DNA from: Octopus sinensis
Lineage: Eukaryota
Length of the DNA: 64,000 nt
Assembly (NCBI RefSeq): GCF_006345805.1
Contig: NW_021832853.1
Location: 1 to 64,000 of the forward strand
Direction: 5' to 3'
Of the stretch, positions 42,184-52,785 are shown piece after piece; the first letter of the stretch is position 1, and each line of letters starts with the position of its first letter. The notes under the pieces were generated by a model. The model was given only the letters and a program-made list of their open reading frames with translations, did not search any database and was not told where the DNA came from. The position numbers and the translations under genes were made by a program.

Positions 42184-43753
42184 TCCTTTCTCTACAATAT
42201 ATGATTGCCACTCATAAATAATACCTACAGTAAGATGTCTAACTAGCTGTTACTTGCTGTCTCTGTGTGTGTGACTAGGAACAGCTTGTATAAAAACAAT
42301 GCAATAACAACTATGAAAGTAATAATAAATATTATTAATATCTCTTTTATTGGCCGCAAGGGCTAATGTAAAGCTACATAAAATTACATGACACAACATA
42401 AAAGACAAAAACAAGACAAGAAAAACAACAATAACAACAACAACATCGAAAAATACCTTAGGAATGAGAACCTAGGTTCAAAATTTCCCCAAGACACCTG
42501 ATGAAGGCTGGAGGGTGTATCAGTTAAAACATTGTGTTAACAACAAACAAGATGAGGACAAATATCTATCAAATGTAAATAAAGTTATGCCACTTGTTTA
42601 TATATTTTTTTCATTTATCATGCAATGGAACACAGCACACGCCAAATTTGTATTAGCAAGTAAGTTTTTATAGATATATATATGTATATATCTTTCTATG
42701 TATGTATAATATTAACGAGTATCAAAACAATGGCTATTATGAATGCATATTTTACAAATTTTATTACATTGAAAAATTAGAATTTCAATAGAATTTTGAT
42801 TATGCTTAAACCTTCACTCCATAATTTCATTAACAAATGAAACTATTATAAAAAATACGGTGTTTAAAACTAATTGCCTCCTAACGGAAATACTGAATAA
42901 AGATCTTATACAAACTTCAAAACTCGTGTTACATAATGATAAAATAAGGACTGAAATTTGAATGATGCTTATATTTAATAATAATAATAATAATTATAAT
43001 TATAATAATGAAATTATTGTATACAGTGCTCAAGTGTACTACAACTTGTCAAAATTGTTTATAAAGCATATGTAGTAATGTACAAATGTTTGAAAAGTCA
43101 ACAGTGTATGAATCAGATACATGCTTGCGTTTGTATGGAGGGGAGAAAATCAGGTGTAGTGTTGGCAAATCTCAGGAAGCATGTAAGGTTTGAAGGATGC
43201 AGTGCTCTGACAACTAACAACTAATGCCAGCAGTTTGTTCCATACTTCAGCAACTCTTAGCGTGAAAAAATGTTTCCGAAAGTCATTGGAGCTATGCTGT
43301 TTTCTGACTTTGTAAACATGTCCACAGGTGTTAGACAGGTGGAATTTGAAAAGGTGCTCAGAGTTATTGTCAGTAAGATGGTTTATAATTTTATGGGTGT
43401 CTGCCAAGTCAGTTGCCAGACGTTGGAGTTTATAAAAGAAAAATTATAGAATATTCAAGAATATACCCCAACAAAAATAAAAGAAAACAAAAGTTTCAAC
43501 TGAACAAAAAGTAAAAGAAAAGCAATACAAAAATAGCAAAATAGAAAAGGAAGCTTCTAAAAAGATAAAAAAGAAAAACTGAAATATTACCAAAAAGTAA
43601 CATTCATAAGTAAGAAGGGAAAAATATGACATCTCAGTAAAGACAGAAGTTTACAAATATCCAAAATATTCATTGGCATCTTACCGTCGTCAGCTGATGA
43701 TGCTTTGCCATGGAGGATGCTGGCAGTTCTGATGGCTTCTCTTCTGCAGACAT
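7642..43753 (-). CDS. GDPD5-like: Six-TM glycerophosphodiester phosphodiesterase, GDPD5/GDE2-GDPD4-GDPD2 family, 13 coding exons, ~546 aa
   Basis: Exons 43753-43685, 40140-40037, 37479-37383, 32634-32476, 30994-30901, 27994-27849, 21129-21047, 17910-17760, 13788-13567, 12123-11975, 10148-10001, 7975-7893, 7777-7642 join in phase. Motifs [84 protein letters not shown]. Confidence 0.93.
7893..7975 (-). CDS. GDPD coding exon 12, last TM helix [27 protein letters not shown]
   Basis: cttccag acceptor, gtaagt donor, 83 nt. Confidence 0.92.
10001..10148 (-). CDS. GDPD coding exon 11 [39 protein letters not shown]
   Basis: ttttcag acceptor, non-canonical TTG|GCAAGT donor, 148 nt. Confidence 0.9.
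11975..12123 (-). CDS. GDPD coding exon 10 [24 protein letters not shown]
   Basis: ttttatag acceptor, gtaagt donor, 149 nt, phase-consistent. Confidence 0.88.
13567..13788 (-). CDS. GDPD coding exon 9 [20 protein letters not shown]
   Basis: tattag acceptor, gtagat donor, 222 nt. Confidence 0.88.
15526..16169 (+). mobile_element. Internally deleted Tc1-family DNA transposon
   Basis: TA-flanked imperfect TIRs (ctctaaactgcaaaagaaa / tttctcttgcagttcagtc). ORF has [22 protein letters not shown], the DD34E C-terminal part. Confidence 0.85.
16512..16547 (+). ncRNA. Decayed minimal type I hammerhead ribozyme motif
   Basis: tctt-CTGATAA-a-GGAC taat GTCC-AAAAC-att-aaga. Stems I and II intact, core G>A changes. 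Confidence 0.55.
16980..17214. mobile_element. hAT-like MITE (second copy at 37682-37932)
   Basis: CAGTGGTTCTCAACC-type terminal inverted repeats and shared internal sequence between the two copies. Confidence 0.65.
17760..17910 (-). CDS. GDPD coding exon 8 [27 protein letters not shown]
   Basis: cttacag acceptor, gtaagt donor, catalytic HD motif. Confidence 0.95.
18201..19418. mobile_element. 1.2-kb non-autonomous Merlin-like element
   Basis: GGATCT...AGATCC imperfect TIRs and a perfect 8-bp TSD cctttttc (18193-18200 and 19419-19426). Confidence 0.8.
21047..21129 (-). CDS. GDPD coding exon 7 [27 protein letters not shown]
   Basis: ttgcaag acceptor, gtaaat donor, PENT and ExD motifs. Confidence 0.95.
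27482..27687. mobile_element. piggyBac-like MITE
   Basis: TTAA on both sides, TIRs CTCTTTCGTTA / TAACGAAAGGG. Another copy at 44115-44333. Confidence 0.8.
27849..27994 (-). CDS. GDPD coding exon 6 [34 protein letters not shown]
   Basis: catatag acceptor, gtatgt donor, catalytic HRG motif. Confidence 0.95.
29187..29543 (+). mobile_element. LTR with adjacent primer-binding site (Gypsy-like remnant)
   Basis: TGTAG(29187)...CTACA(29528), internal TATAAA, then TGGTGACGAG at 29534-29543. Confidence 0.6.
30901..30994 (-). CDS. GDPD coding exon 5 [31 protein letters not shown]
   Basis: tttccag acceptor, gtaagt donor, 94 nt. Confidence 0.92.
32476..32634 (-). CDS. GDPD coding exon 4 [33 protein letters not shown]
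   Basis: taacag acceptor, gtaagt donor, 159 nt. Confidence 0.9.
33369..33900 (-). mobile_element. SINE-like repeat with (GAT)n tail and internal ~60-bp tandem units
   Basis: Plus-strand (CAT)n-AACGTCCGTTTTCCATGCTGGCATGGG..GGATGCCCTTCC..CCAACCAC. Unit gcatgggagccagtcagggg repeated about 5 times. Relatives at ~11350-11600, 23350-23650, 28200-28430, 28950-29150, 35260-35640, 38510-38990. Confidence 0.75.
36714..37018. repeat. Two-copy ~151-bp tandem duplication
   Basis: agtctgtttcaag...atttctctgttgtctgttt starts at 36714 and again at 36865. Confidence 0.9.
37383..37479 (-). CDS. GDPD coding exon 3 (W)[32 protein letters not shown]
   Basis: ttttccag acceptor, gtaagt donor, 97 nt, phase 2 to 0. 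Confidence 0.85.
40037..40140 (-). CDS. GDPD coding exon 2 [34 protein letters not shown](W)
   Basis: gttgcag acceptor, gtgagt donor, LYFW..N..DFNW family motif. Confidence 0.9.
41495..42050 (-). mobile_element. 3' fragment of a non-LTR retrotransposon (L1/Tx1-like)
   Basis: [34 protein letters not shown]2 C-terminus-like text, 3' UTR ending GCCCTTGTGGCTAGTAAAAGA and a simple-repeat tail. Confidence 0.6.
42494..42537 (+). ncRNA. Decayed minimal type I hammerhead ribozyme motif in a Penelope-derived repeat
   Basis: acac-CTGATGA-a-GGCTG gagggtgtat CAGTT-AAAAC-att-gtgt. Intact CUGAUGA box and stems I/II. GAAACG decayed to AAAACA. Confidence 0.6.
42975..43430 (-). mobile_element. CR1-like LINE 3' fragment
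   Basis: ORF 43150-43407 [27 protein letters not shown] is a typical CR1 ORF2 end, followed by an (ATT)n tail. Confidence 0.75.
43685..43753 (-). CDS. Probable first coding exon [23 protein letters not shown]
   Basis: ATG with A at -3 and an in-frame upstream TAA. ACG|GTAAGA phase-0 donor fits exon 2. Sequence similarity is weak. Confidence 0.6.
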
Positions 43754-44114
43754 TATAAATTAGTTTTTCGGCTGTTTATTAGAATTCAGACAGGACTAGT
43801 GTATTACACTTAACACTGATAAAAACAAAGAAAAGAGAACTTTGTCGGTTATTTTATCCAAAGACTGCTTGATGCAATGCTGTTAGATACATCAACTTCT
43901 CTCTGATATCATCCTCAGGCTGAATTGATACCGTCTTATAAAGACTGCTTTAAGATTAGGCTATTAAATGAGAAAAGTGTTCACATGTACAGTTTCTCAA
44001 GTTAGCATCTGCTTCAAAAGAACTAAACAGAAAGGCAACAAAAATATACAAACAATATCAAAGAAAAAAAACACATCCAAAGCTTTAGAAAAGATTTGTG
44101 AGTGGAGACTTTAA

Positions 44115-44333
44115 CCCTTTCATTATCGACTGGCTGAAGCCGGCTCTGACACTGAGTACAAATGTCTTGTTTTCATAAATTTTGAATTAAAATCTTCCAC
44201 CAAAATTTAGTCACAATTTATGTTCCTAACACTAGCTTAATGATAACTAAGTTATTTTACTAAATTCTTTGTTATATTTAAAGTAATTCAAAGGAACACA
44301 GAGCTTCTCAAAATAAATACAGTAACAAAAGCA
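44115..44333. mobile_element. piggyBac-like MITE
   Basis: TTAA flanks, CCCTTTC terminus, high similarity to 27482-27687. Confidence 0.75.
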
Positions 44334-47300
44334 TTAAGATAGCAGGAAAACTGACAACCTCAACACTGTAAAAGTCATGCCATTATATTAATGTGCAGAT
44401 CACAACTAGGAAACTAGACTTTTGAAAGTTTATTTATATTTTAGCACTTAATAACAGGAAATATGTGTCCCTAATGTATACCATTATTCCTGTAATTACC
44501 CCTTCATTTAAAGGAACAATGGATGGATTACATTCTGTAGTAAACAAGTATATTAGCAAACACAAAACCAAGAAGAAGAAGAGTTAATCCTTATAACTAT
44601 TTGTCAGAAGTTTGAATACTAGCTATAACTATTTACCAACTATTTCAGCTGTAGTTAACTGGCACCAAGTTTAGATGGCAACACTGACAGATTAGCTTTA
44701 TATTTTCATTTTAATAAGATAAGAGCTTTCAGCATGAATTTAAATATCTTTCTTTCAATATTCATTGATTATACATAGAATTATAATGATGATTTAAGTA
44801 TAATTTAAAATTCTCTCCCTAATGAATAAGCATTAGTGAATGAAGTACTTTCAGGAATTGGGAATAAAAGGAATGATAGGCTAATTCCCCTATAGACACA
44901 TAGTGCTCACCAAACAATAATAATGATTATTACTATGATAAAATAGGAGAGTACTGTAGTTTGCTTGAAGCATTGTGTATTGTTTGTAAAGAATAAAAAG
45001 TTTTGAATGGTACAACAATACACTATAATACAGACAATGGGCTACAAAGATTTGGATAATTTTCCAGTTTGTTCCACCGATGGATTTAAAGTATATTTTG
45101 ATCATATATACATACTATGAATTAAAAATAATCACACTAAAAGTATCGAGATTTTTAAAATCTCAACAAGAAAAATATCAAAATGAAGCTGAACTAATAC
45201 TTTGATAAAATGGCAAACAAAGTTTAGAATCATTTACACATGGTACAATATGGAATCCAGGGAAATTAGTATTTGTCTGCATAGGTAAAGATTAATTCCT
45301 AGATTTCATGGAAGAGTTCAATGAATAGATTTTCTGTGAGGAGTAAAAGAGTTTAAGTTCAAACACTTGCCCTTCTTTCTGCAGAGAAAATATATAAAAG
45401 TGTAATCGCTTTGGTCACAAAATTGCGAATGAAAAATGGAATAAAATGATAGTATGATGTCAGGAACGAGCAGCAATGTAGGAAGAGAGGGGGAAAAGCT
45501 GGTGACAGGTGCTATGAGCTATGAGCAAGGTAAATTATAGAGGATGAAATAAATATCAAAAAATGAGGGAGGTGGTGAGGACCAGATCAAGTGAGGTGGT
45601 AGATACTATTAAGAACTCCTAACAAAGAGAAGAGGTGGACAATACTAAGGAGGGAGAAAAGGAATGGAAGAGGAAACATGCAAAGAACTGAGTTTAATAA
45701 GGAGGGTCCAAGAACTGTAAAATAATTTATGACAGTAAGGAGTTAGCAGAATTGTAAAGAAAATTAATAGTGTCTAGAGTGGAGGTCAGTAGGGATGGAA
45801 AGAAATATATAGTAATCTGTGACAGGATGTGGGTGGTGGATGTGGGGGAATTAGAAGGCCAATATAATAAAATAGATTATAAACAAAATCCAACTACATG
45901 CTGCACACAGCGTGTACAATATGTGAAGTACATGCATACAACTGCATTCAAAATAGCTAACCATACAATACATGGACACACACACACATATATATATATA
46001 CATATAGACAGACATAAGCAACACAGCACAAATAAATACACATCACACAAGAGCATTGTTTTGTTTCTTTTTTCTTCGTATTTTAAGGATGAAGGGGTTT
46101 GAAAGTAGAAGGCAGAATTAAAGGAAGCTGAGATGTAAATTCAGACCCTAAGGTGCCAAAGAAACCATGCTGAAGAAGGTGTTTTGCGGGGTATAATGAG
46201 ACTTGGAGACACTGTGTATTTGCAAGTCTCATTCTACCCAGTGTTGGAGAACTGCACAATCTGAGAGGTGATCAGCTGAGTGACTGAGCAAGTTAGTGCT
46301 AGACTACAAGTTTTTGAGGACTTCTTGGATGTTTTTATGGACATCCAGCAAATGCTCACAGAACCTGTTTTATTTATGTATTTACCTTTTTGTTATCAAA
46401 TTTCTGTTGAAATACAGTCTTTGTTTCAGTTAATTTTTTAAAAATGCAGAGTGATAATGATATGATTGAGAAGACCTGTTCAGTCAAGTAATACCAAAAT
46501 CGTAGCTGTGGCTAGTGCCCCATGACTGGCTCCCACTCTGGTAACACATAAAATGCATCATCCAAACATGGTCAATGCCAATGCCTTCTGACTGGCTCCT
46601 GTGCTGGTGGCATGTAAAATGCACCATCCAAACTTTTATTCTCACAAATTTAAAACATTTATACGTTATCATTGATAAGTGTCTGATATTGCCATCTACA
46701 GTTCATACACACACACACACACACAAATATATTATATATATATACACTCACAGTTTTAGTTTCAAGGGTTTGAAGAATACATTCATCTCAGATTGTCAGA
46801 AGTAGTGTCTCTGGGCATGTGTTCAATGCGCTCATGAAATAAAGGCATGTAGGACTGAGTCAAGCTGTTATTAAATACAAGTAAATCCAACTAAATGTGT
46901 TGAGTGCTACTCTCTTTCTTTTGTGTATGTGTATATATTCTTTTATTCTTATACTTGTTTCAGTCACCAGACTGCCGCCATACAGTGGCACTGCCCTGTG
47001 GGTTTTCTTGAATAAATCAATTGCCAGCACTTATTTTTAAGCCTGGACTTTACTCTATCAGTCACTCTTAACTGCACTGCTAAGTTAGAGGGACATAAAC
47101 AAACCAAGACTCATTCTCAAGTTGTGGTGACGAGGCAAATACAAAAACATGCACACATAGATATATACATGCATACATATATATGATGGACATCTTTCAG
47201 TTTCTGTCTACCGAATCCCCTCACAAGGCTTTGGTTGGACTATAGTAGAAGACACTTGCCCAAGGTGTCACACAGAGGGATTGAACTGAGAATTATGAGG

Positions 47301-47624
47301 CTAGGAAGAATTTTCTTACTACACAGCCGCACCTGCAACTACATAAAACACAGGCTATTTCAAAAACCCCTTTCCAGATTACCAATTTTCAGTTATTTTC
47401 ATTAATTATCTAATTTTTGCATTTACAGGTGTCTCTTCCCTATCTAGAGGAACAGACTGCAATTATCAGGTCATTCCATAAGTAATGTCTGGACTTCTTT
47501 ATTGTCAATTTCTAAACGCTTTAACAGTATTTTAGAATGTCTAATGACATCAAGTAACATTTATATGTATTTGGACATATTTCAACTAATTAAATTTCAT
47601 TTTTCAGAATAACCTAATTGAAAT

Positions 47625-48440
47625 TTCATTAATCAGAGTTCTTTGAGGCATATAATACATTATGAGTTTACAAAAGGGAACTCTGCAACTGAAACAACTC
47701 AAAATATTCACCCAGCTTATAGACAGGAGTTCATGAATAAAAGAACTTGCAGAAGATGTTTTGTAAAATTCGGATTTGGAAATTTCAGGCATGAAGATGA
47801 GACCAGAACAGAACGTCCAATTGAGTTTGATGACTAGCTCATTTTAGAAGAACTTGAAAAAGATCACACAGTTTCAGTTGAATAATTGGCAAGCAAGCTT
47901 CATTCATATCATACAACTATTCACCGCCATCTTCAAGAGCTTAGGAAGATGGGTGCTCAATGAAGTGTCTGAAGCCAACTGCAAATACTGAGCGGACTTC
48001 AGCTCTTCTCTTCATTCTCGTGGGACAGAGAGGTGACCGGTGATGAAAAATGGATCCACTACCAAAATATTAAGAGTCCTAGACATTGGCTTGGTGAGGA
48101 GGAAAAGGGCCCAACCACAACCAGAATGGAAACTCCATGTGAAGAAGGCTCTTCTCTCTGTTTGGTAGGATTCCAAAGGAGGCATCCACTTTGAGTTGTT
48201 ACCAACTAATGCAACAATCAATGCTCAAATCTACTGTCAGCAATTAGAGCGTTTGCATGCTGCTTTGAAGAAAAAAAGTCCCGCTTTAGTGAACCGAGAG
48301 GGAGTGTTGTTTCATTAGGACAAAGCAAAACACCCACACCTCAAAGATCACATCACTGAAGATCAAGGAACTTAGCTGGGAGAAAATTGTTCAACTGCAT
48401 TATTTCCCAGACCTTGCTCCTTCTGCTTACCATCTCTTAT
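47625..48440 (+). mobile_element. Decayed mariner transposase
   Basis: LRHIIHYEFTKGNSATET, VTGDEKWIHY, YCQQLERL and YFPDLAPSAYHL motifs with stops and frameshifts. Confidence 0.9.
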
Positions 48441-49694
48441 AAACATGTCATAGTCTCAAAAAGAAAAAAAAAACATATATACCAGCAGCAGGTGATGCCA
48501 CAGCTGGACAACTTTTGCCTGCTGCTGTTATATTTCAGTGCTCATTGACACTATATGTCTAAGAGATATTTTCTCAAGATAAATATCACAGTTTAGAAAG
48601 CTTTCAGCAATAAATATACTTTAAGTATGATATATAAATCACTAATTTGAAGTAATACTGCTTCCATTGCAAATAACAAATAAGTAATTTTTTTCTTTTT
48701 TTTTCTCTTTTGCAAAATGTATTTTATGTCAGTGACAAGAACTGAAATATCTATCATTGCTATAATTATGAATAATTTCTAAAATCAATTTTAAATTTCA
48801 AATTTAAAATAAAGTTTTGGCTTAACGAAACTTTCTTTCCAAATGTTTTGATAAATTACTTTGATGGTGTTTTTTTTTTAAAACAAGTGACTAAATGAAG
48901 CAGCACCCATTCTTCTCCAAAGATGTGCATACAGCGATTGCAATATTACAAACACAATTATTGCTGTCTTTGCATAACTGGATGTTGATGGCACCGTTAT
49001 TGGCAATCAGCATGCAACAGCCAAAATGTATGAAACTAGGCATTTCACTCTAGAAACACATAAGTATCCCGTTTCCTATTTCTAATTATTTGTCTTAATT
49101 CTCTTTGTTTCTTTTTTTTTTTTAGTACCATTAAATTTTAAACCTTAAAAGAAAATATTTTATTTTGCTTGTGGATCCCCTATGAGCTATCTTATCATAT
49201 GTCGACCCCATATATGCACATGTAGGTTAGTAAAAACTAACAATGAAACAATTTCATAGTATTCACAACATAAATTCCAAATACAAATCTTGAAAATTTC
49301 AATATATACAGATACATCTCCTTGTAAGCAAAATTTATATATGGACCCACAAATTAGTTTTTTACCCCTTAAAGTTTCAGTGGACCCTGGTTAGGAACCC
49401 CTGTTTTAAAGTATACTGAAAACTTCTCACATAAGAATTCTTTGCGTGAAACATTTCTTGCAGCTTAAAAATAAGTTCTAATTTTGTACCTGGAGAATTC
49501 TTGTTGCGACACTGTGCTTTCTTTTGAATGTCACCTATAAAATATATTGGTAAAAATCGTGGATCTTTATTCTGTAAAGGCTTAAGAGAACCAATTCTGT
49601 GATAAATTTCTCTTTGCACTGTAAAAGTCGGCATAAACCTACATTCCCTAGTAATTTTTGCCCCAAATGACGTCATTTGAAAAACATAATTGTA

Positions 49695-51045
49695 TTTCTT
49701 TTATTCTTTTACTTGTTTCAGTCATTTGACTGCAGCCATGCAGGAGCACTGCTTTTAGTCGAACAAATCTTATTCTTTGTAAGCCTAGTACTTATTCTAT
49801 CGATTTTTTTGCCAAACTGCTAACTTACGGGGATGTAAACACACAAGCATCAGTGGTCAAGCAATGGTGGGGGACAAACACAGGCACACAAGCGCACATA
49901 TACATATAGGGGTTGAACAAAATAAGGGAAACACCTAGCATCATAGCATCACAATTTTGAAATATTTATAAAACTGTCAAAAGCTTGTTTTTATGTTTTT
50001 TTGATTTATTATTAGTGTTGCTTAATATGTTTTGTTAAAATTGCTGTTTCTTTTCAGATATCATCAGAAAAAGGTAATTAAAATTCATTAAAATGACAGA
50101 TCTATTGGACTTTCAAAGAGGTCAAATTGTTGGTGCTTGTGTGGCAGGCACTAGTGTAACAAAAACAGCCAAAATGTTTGGTGTATCAAAAAATACTGTC
50201 TCAAAAGTAATGACAACCCTTGAGAAAGAGGAAAAAACCTCCTTGTCAAAACAAAACTCCAGAAGAAAACTAAAACTTTCAGATAGGGAACGGTGAACTC
50301 TTATGTGAATTGTTAGAAAGGATCACAAAAGTACAGCTCCTAAAATTACTACAGAGTTTAATGACCATCTTCAGAACCCAGTTTCCACAAAAGTTGTTCG
50401 CCGGGAGCTGCACAAAGCAGGATTTCACAGGAGGGCTGCAATCAGAAAACCACTACTTTCAAAACAAATGTTGCAAAGCGTTTAGAGTGGGGTAAAAACC
50501 TACAGAATTGGTCCCAAGAGCTGTTGTAGAATGCTATTTTCTCAGATGAGTCATCCTTTACCTTATTTCCAACCACTGGCTGAGTATACGTGTGGAGACA
50601 GCCAAAAGAATCATTTGACCCAGATTGCCTTCTTCCAACTGTTAAAAGAGTATCTGTGATAATCTGGGGCACAATGGTTTCCCTTCATGGCAGAATTAAT
50701 AGTCAAAACTATTTAAGCATTTTATCTCATCAAATTTTCCTTTGGTTGCAGAACTGGCACAAGTTGAACATCTTATCTGGCCAGCACAGTCCCCAGATCT
50801 CAATATTATTGAATATTTTAGAAAAACAAGTAAGGAGTCAATATGCTTCACCATCATCACTACAAGAACTGGAGACTATTTTAGCTGAAGAATGGACAAA
50901 AATTCCTTTGGAAACAATTCAAACTTTGTACGAGTCCATACCTCATAGAATTCAAGCTGTAATTACTGCCAAAGTGCGGTCCTACCCCATATTAAAATAA
51001 ATTTGTTTGAAATTTTAAGGGGTTTCCATTATTTTGTCCAACCCT

Positions 51046-51083
<38 letters not shown>

Positions 51084-51236
51084 GGGCTTCTTTCAGTTTC
51101 CATCTACCAAATCCACTCACTAGGCTTTGGTTGGCCTGAGGCTACAGTAGAAGACACTTGCCCAAGGTGCCACACAGTGGGACTGAACCCAGAACCATGT
51201 GGTTGGTAAGCAAGCTACTTACCACTCAGCCACTCC
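49695..51236 (-). mobile_element. SINE split by a Tc1 insertion, itself inserted in the Helitron
   Basis: Head GGAGTGGCTGAGTGGTAAG..GGTTCAGTCCCAC at ~51236-51070. Tail ..GACTGAAACAAGTAAAAGAATA at ~49900-49695. Confidence 0.75.
49907..51047 (+). mobile_element. Decayed Tc1-family transposon with both TIRs
   Basis: TA-flanked TIRs taggggttgaacaaaataagggaaac / gtttccattattttgtccaacccttg. Fragments MTDLLDFQRGQIVGA, FSDES and WPAQSPDLNIIE. Confidence 0.9.
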
Positions 51237-52417
51237 TTGAATATCTTTATTCTGAAGTGGTGCCCAAAAGAAAATGTTTTATAAGTTCTGGAGGCTCATT
51301 TATTGATAAATGGACTTCACATTTAGAACAACACTTACCTAATGATTCCTTGTCCCACACTTTTCACATGTTTTGAACATAGAGCCAAGAGAGACAATTC
51401 TTTCAGATGCAAAATTACGATCACGGCTACACCTTCCAATTGAAAGTCTATACTTTTTCTGCTGATTTTCTCTGAAAAGCTTTCTCCTTTTTGGTCATTT
51501 TCAGTTTTGTTGTTTATTTATTCTACCTTTTTCTCTCCTTTTCTGCAGTCGTATTTCTTCGTCTTTTTTATTTTCTTGTAATTTTTTTTATTTCTATAAT
51601 TTCCCTTCTTTCTCTGCAATCTTATTTCCCTATCTTTTTCTCTTGTCCTCCTCTCATATTCTGTCATTTTTTGCAACCTAACTTTCCGATGGTTTTTTTT
51701 TTTTACGATCATTTTTTTAAGTGTTTGAATTCTCATTCTTTTGTCTTTTTCACTGTCTTGTGATGTTTCATTTCCTTCTACATTTCTTTCATGCTTATGA
51801 TCGTTAATGGGAAAGAGAGCATCGTAGTGGCCGTTATCAAGTTCGCCATTATATAATACTAAAACCTTCCTTTCTGTAACTTTTTGAATACTTGCAACAT
51901 TGTACAATTCACTAATGGCAGCTAATTCAGCATTACCACCGTATGTTCCATCCCTACTCATGTACGTTTGGTATTACTGCATTTTACTATTAGGAATAAA
52001 AGAACGAAATTATTTCCAATTATTGCATATGTATCGTACGGAGTCTTCCCAAAGAATTTGGTAATTCCTGTTGTTTTTGAGCAAGAGTGACACAGCTCTG
52101 GCCATACAGTTAACATCACCCATGACTTTATTAAAAGACTGAATTAATAAATTAATGTAATTGTTGAATATTTTTCAATGAATTCAGTAAGGGACTTTAT
52201 CTTCAGTTCAGACTTTAGATAGTTCTATGAAGAGAACGTGACGGAAAATTACAACACCAAAAGGGATAAGATTCTAAATGATAGCAAAATCCCCTTTAGA
52301 AACCTATCTTTCAATCTTTGCAATAGATGAATGAGTGATTATAATTTTGTAAATAATAAAAACGAAATTAATAAGCTACTTCACCTTCAATGTTGACTTG
52401 AAACGTCGTCTTCATGG

Positions 52418-52785
52418 AAAGAAAAGTGAACAAAGTATTTAGCAGACGATAACTTCTTTATCAACTTTTCACAAATGGAAGAAACGGAATACTTCGGTTA
52501 TTTCTGGATAATTTCGGTTTAAACGTTGTCCAATACTTGTCTAGAAGTTTGTGAGTGTGTGTATGAGAGAGAGAGAGAGAGAGAGAGAGACTAACAGAGG
52601 GAGAAAGACAAAGTGAAACAGACAGAGACAAAAAGAAAAGTGAACTAAGAATTTAGCAGGCGATAACTTCTTTATGAACTGTTCACAAATGGCAGAAACG
52701 GAATACTTCGGTTATTTCCGGATAATTTCGGTTTAAACGATGTCCAATACTTGTCTAGAAATTTGTGTGTGAGAGAGAGAGAGAC
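52418..52785. repeat. Two-copy ~214-bp direct repeat with (GA)n spacer, likely Helitron 5' region
   Basis: aaagaaaagtgaac..tttagcagrcgataacttcttta..gtccaatacttgtctagaa at ~52418 and ~52632. Confidence 0.85.

Larger units (their letters stand above)
49404..52140 (-). mobile_element. Decayed Helitron N-terminal coding region with OTU-like protease domain
   Basis: Minus strand: VMGDVNCMARAVS (~52125), MSRDGTYGGNAELAAISELYN..NGHYDAL, charged coil, LGSMFKTCEKCG..KCCSK..PPE zinc finger (~51400-51250), then YNYVFQMTSFGA..EIYHRIGSL (49690-49410). Confidence 0.82.

Noticed and set aside
43444-43632. Hydrophobic ORFs as extra TM exons (also 44890-45105 and 51491-51763)
   Set aside because: Low-complexity T-rich sequence, no family similarity, and not needed for the gene's reading frame.
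45480-46340. Possible decayed retroelement fragments
   Set aside because: Too degenerate to assign by eye.
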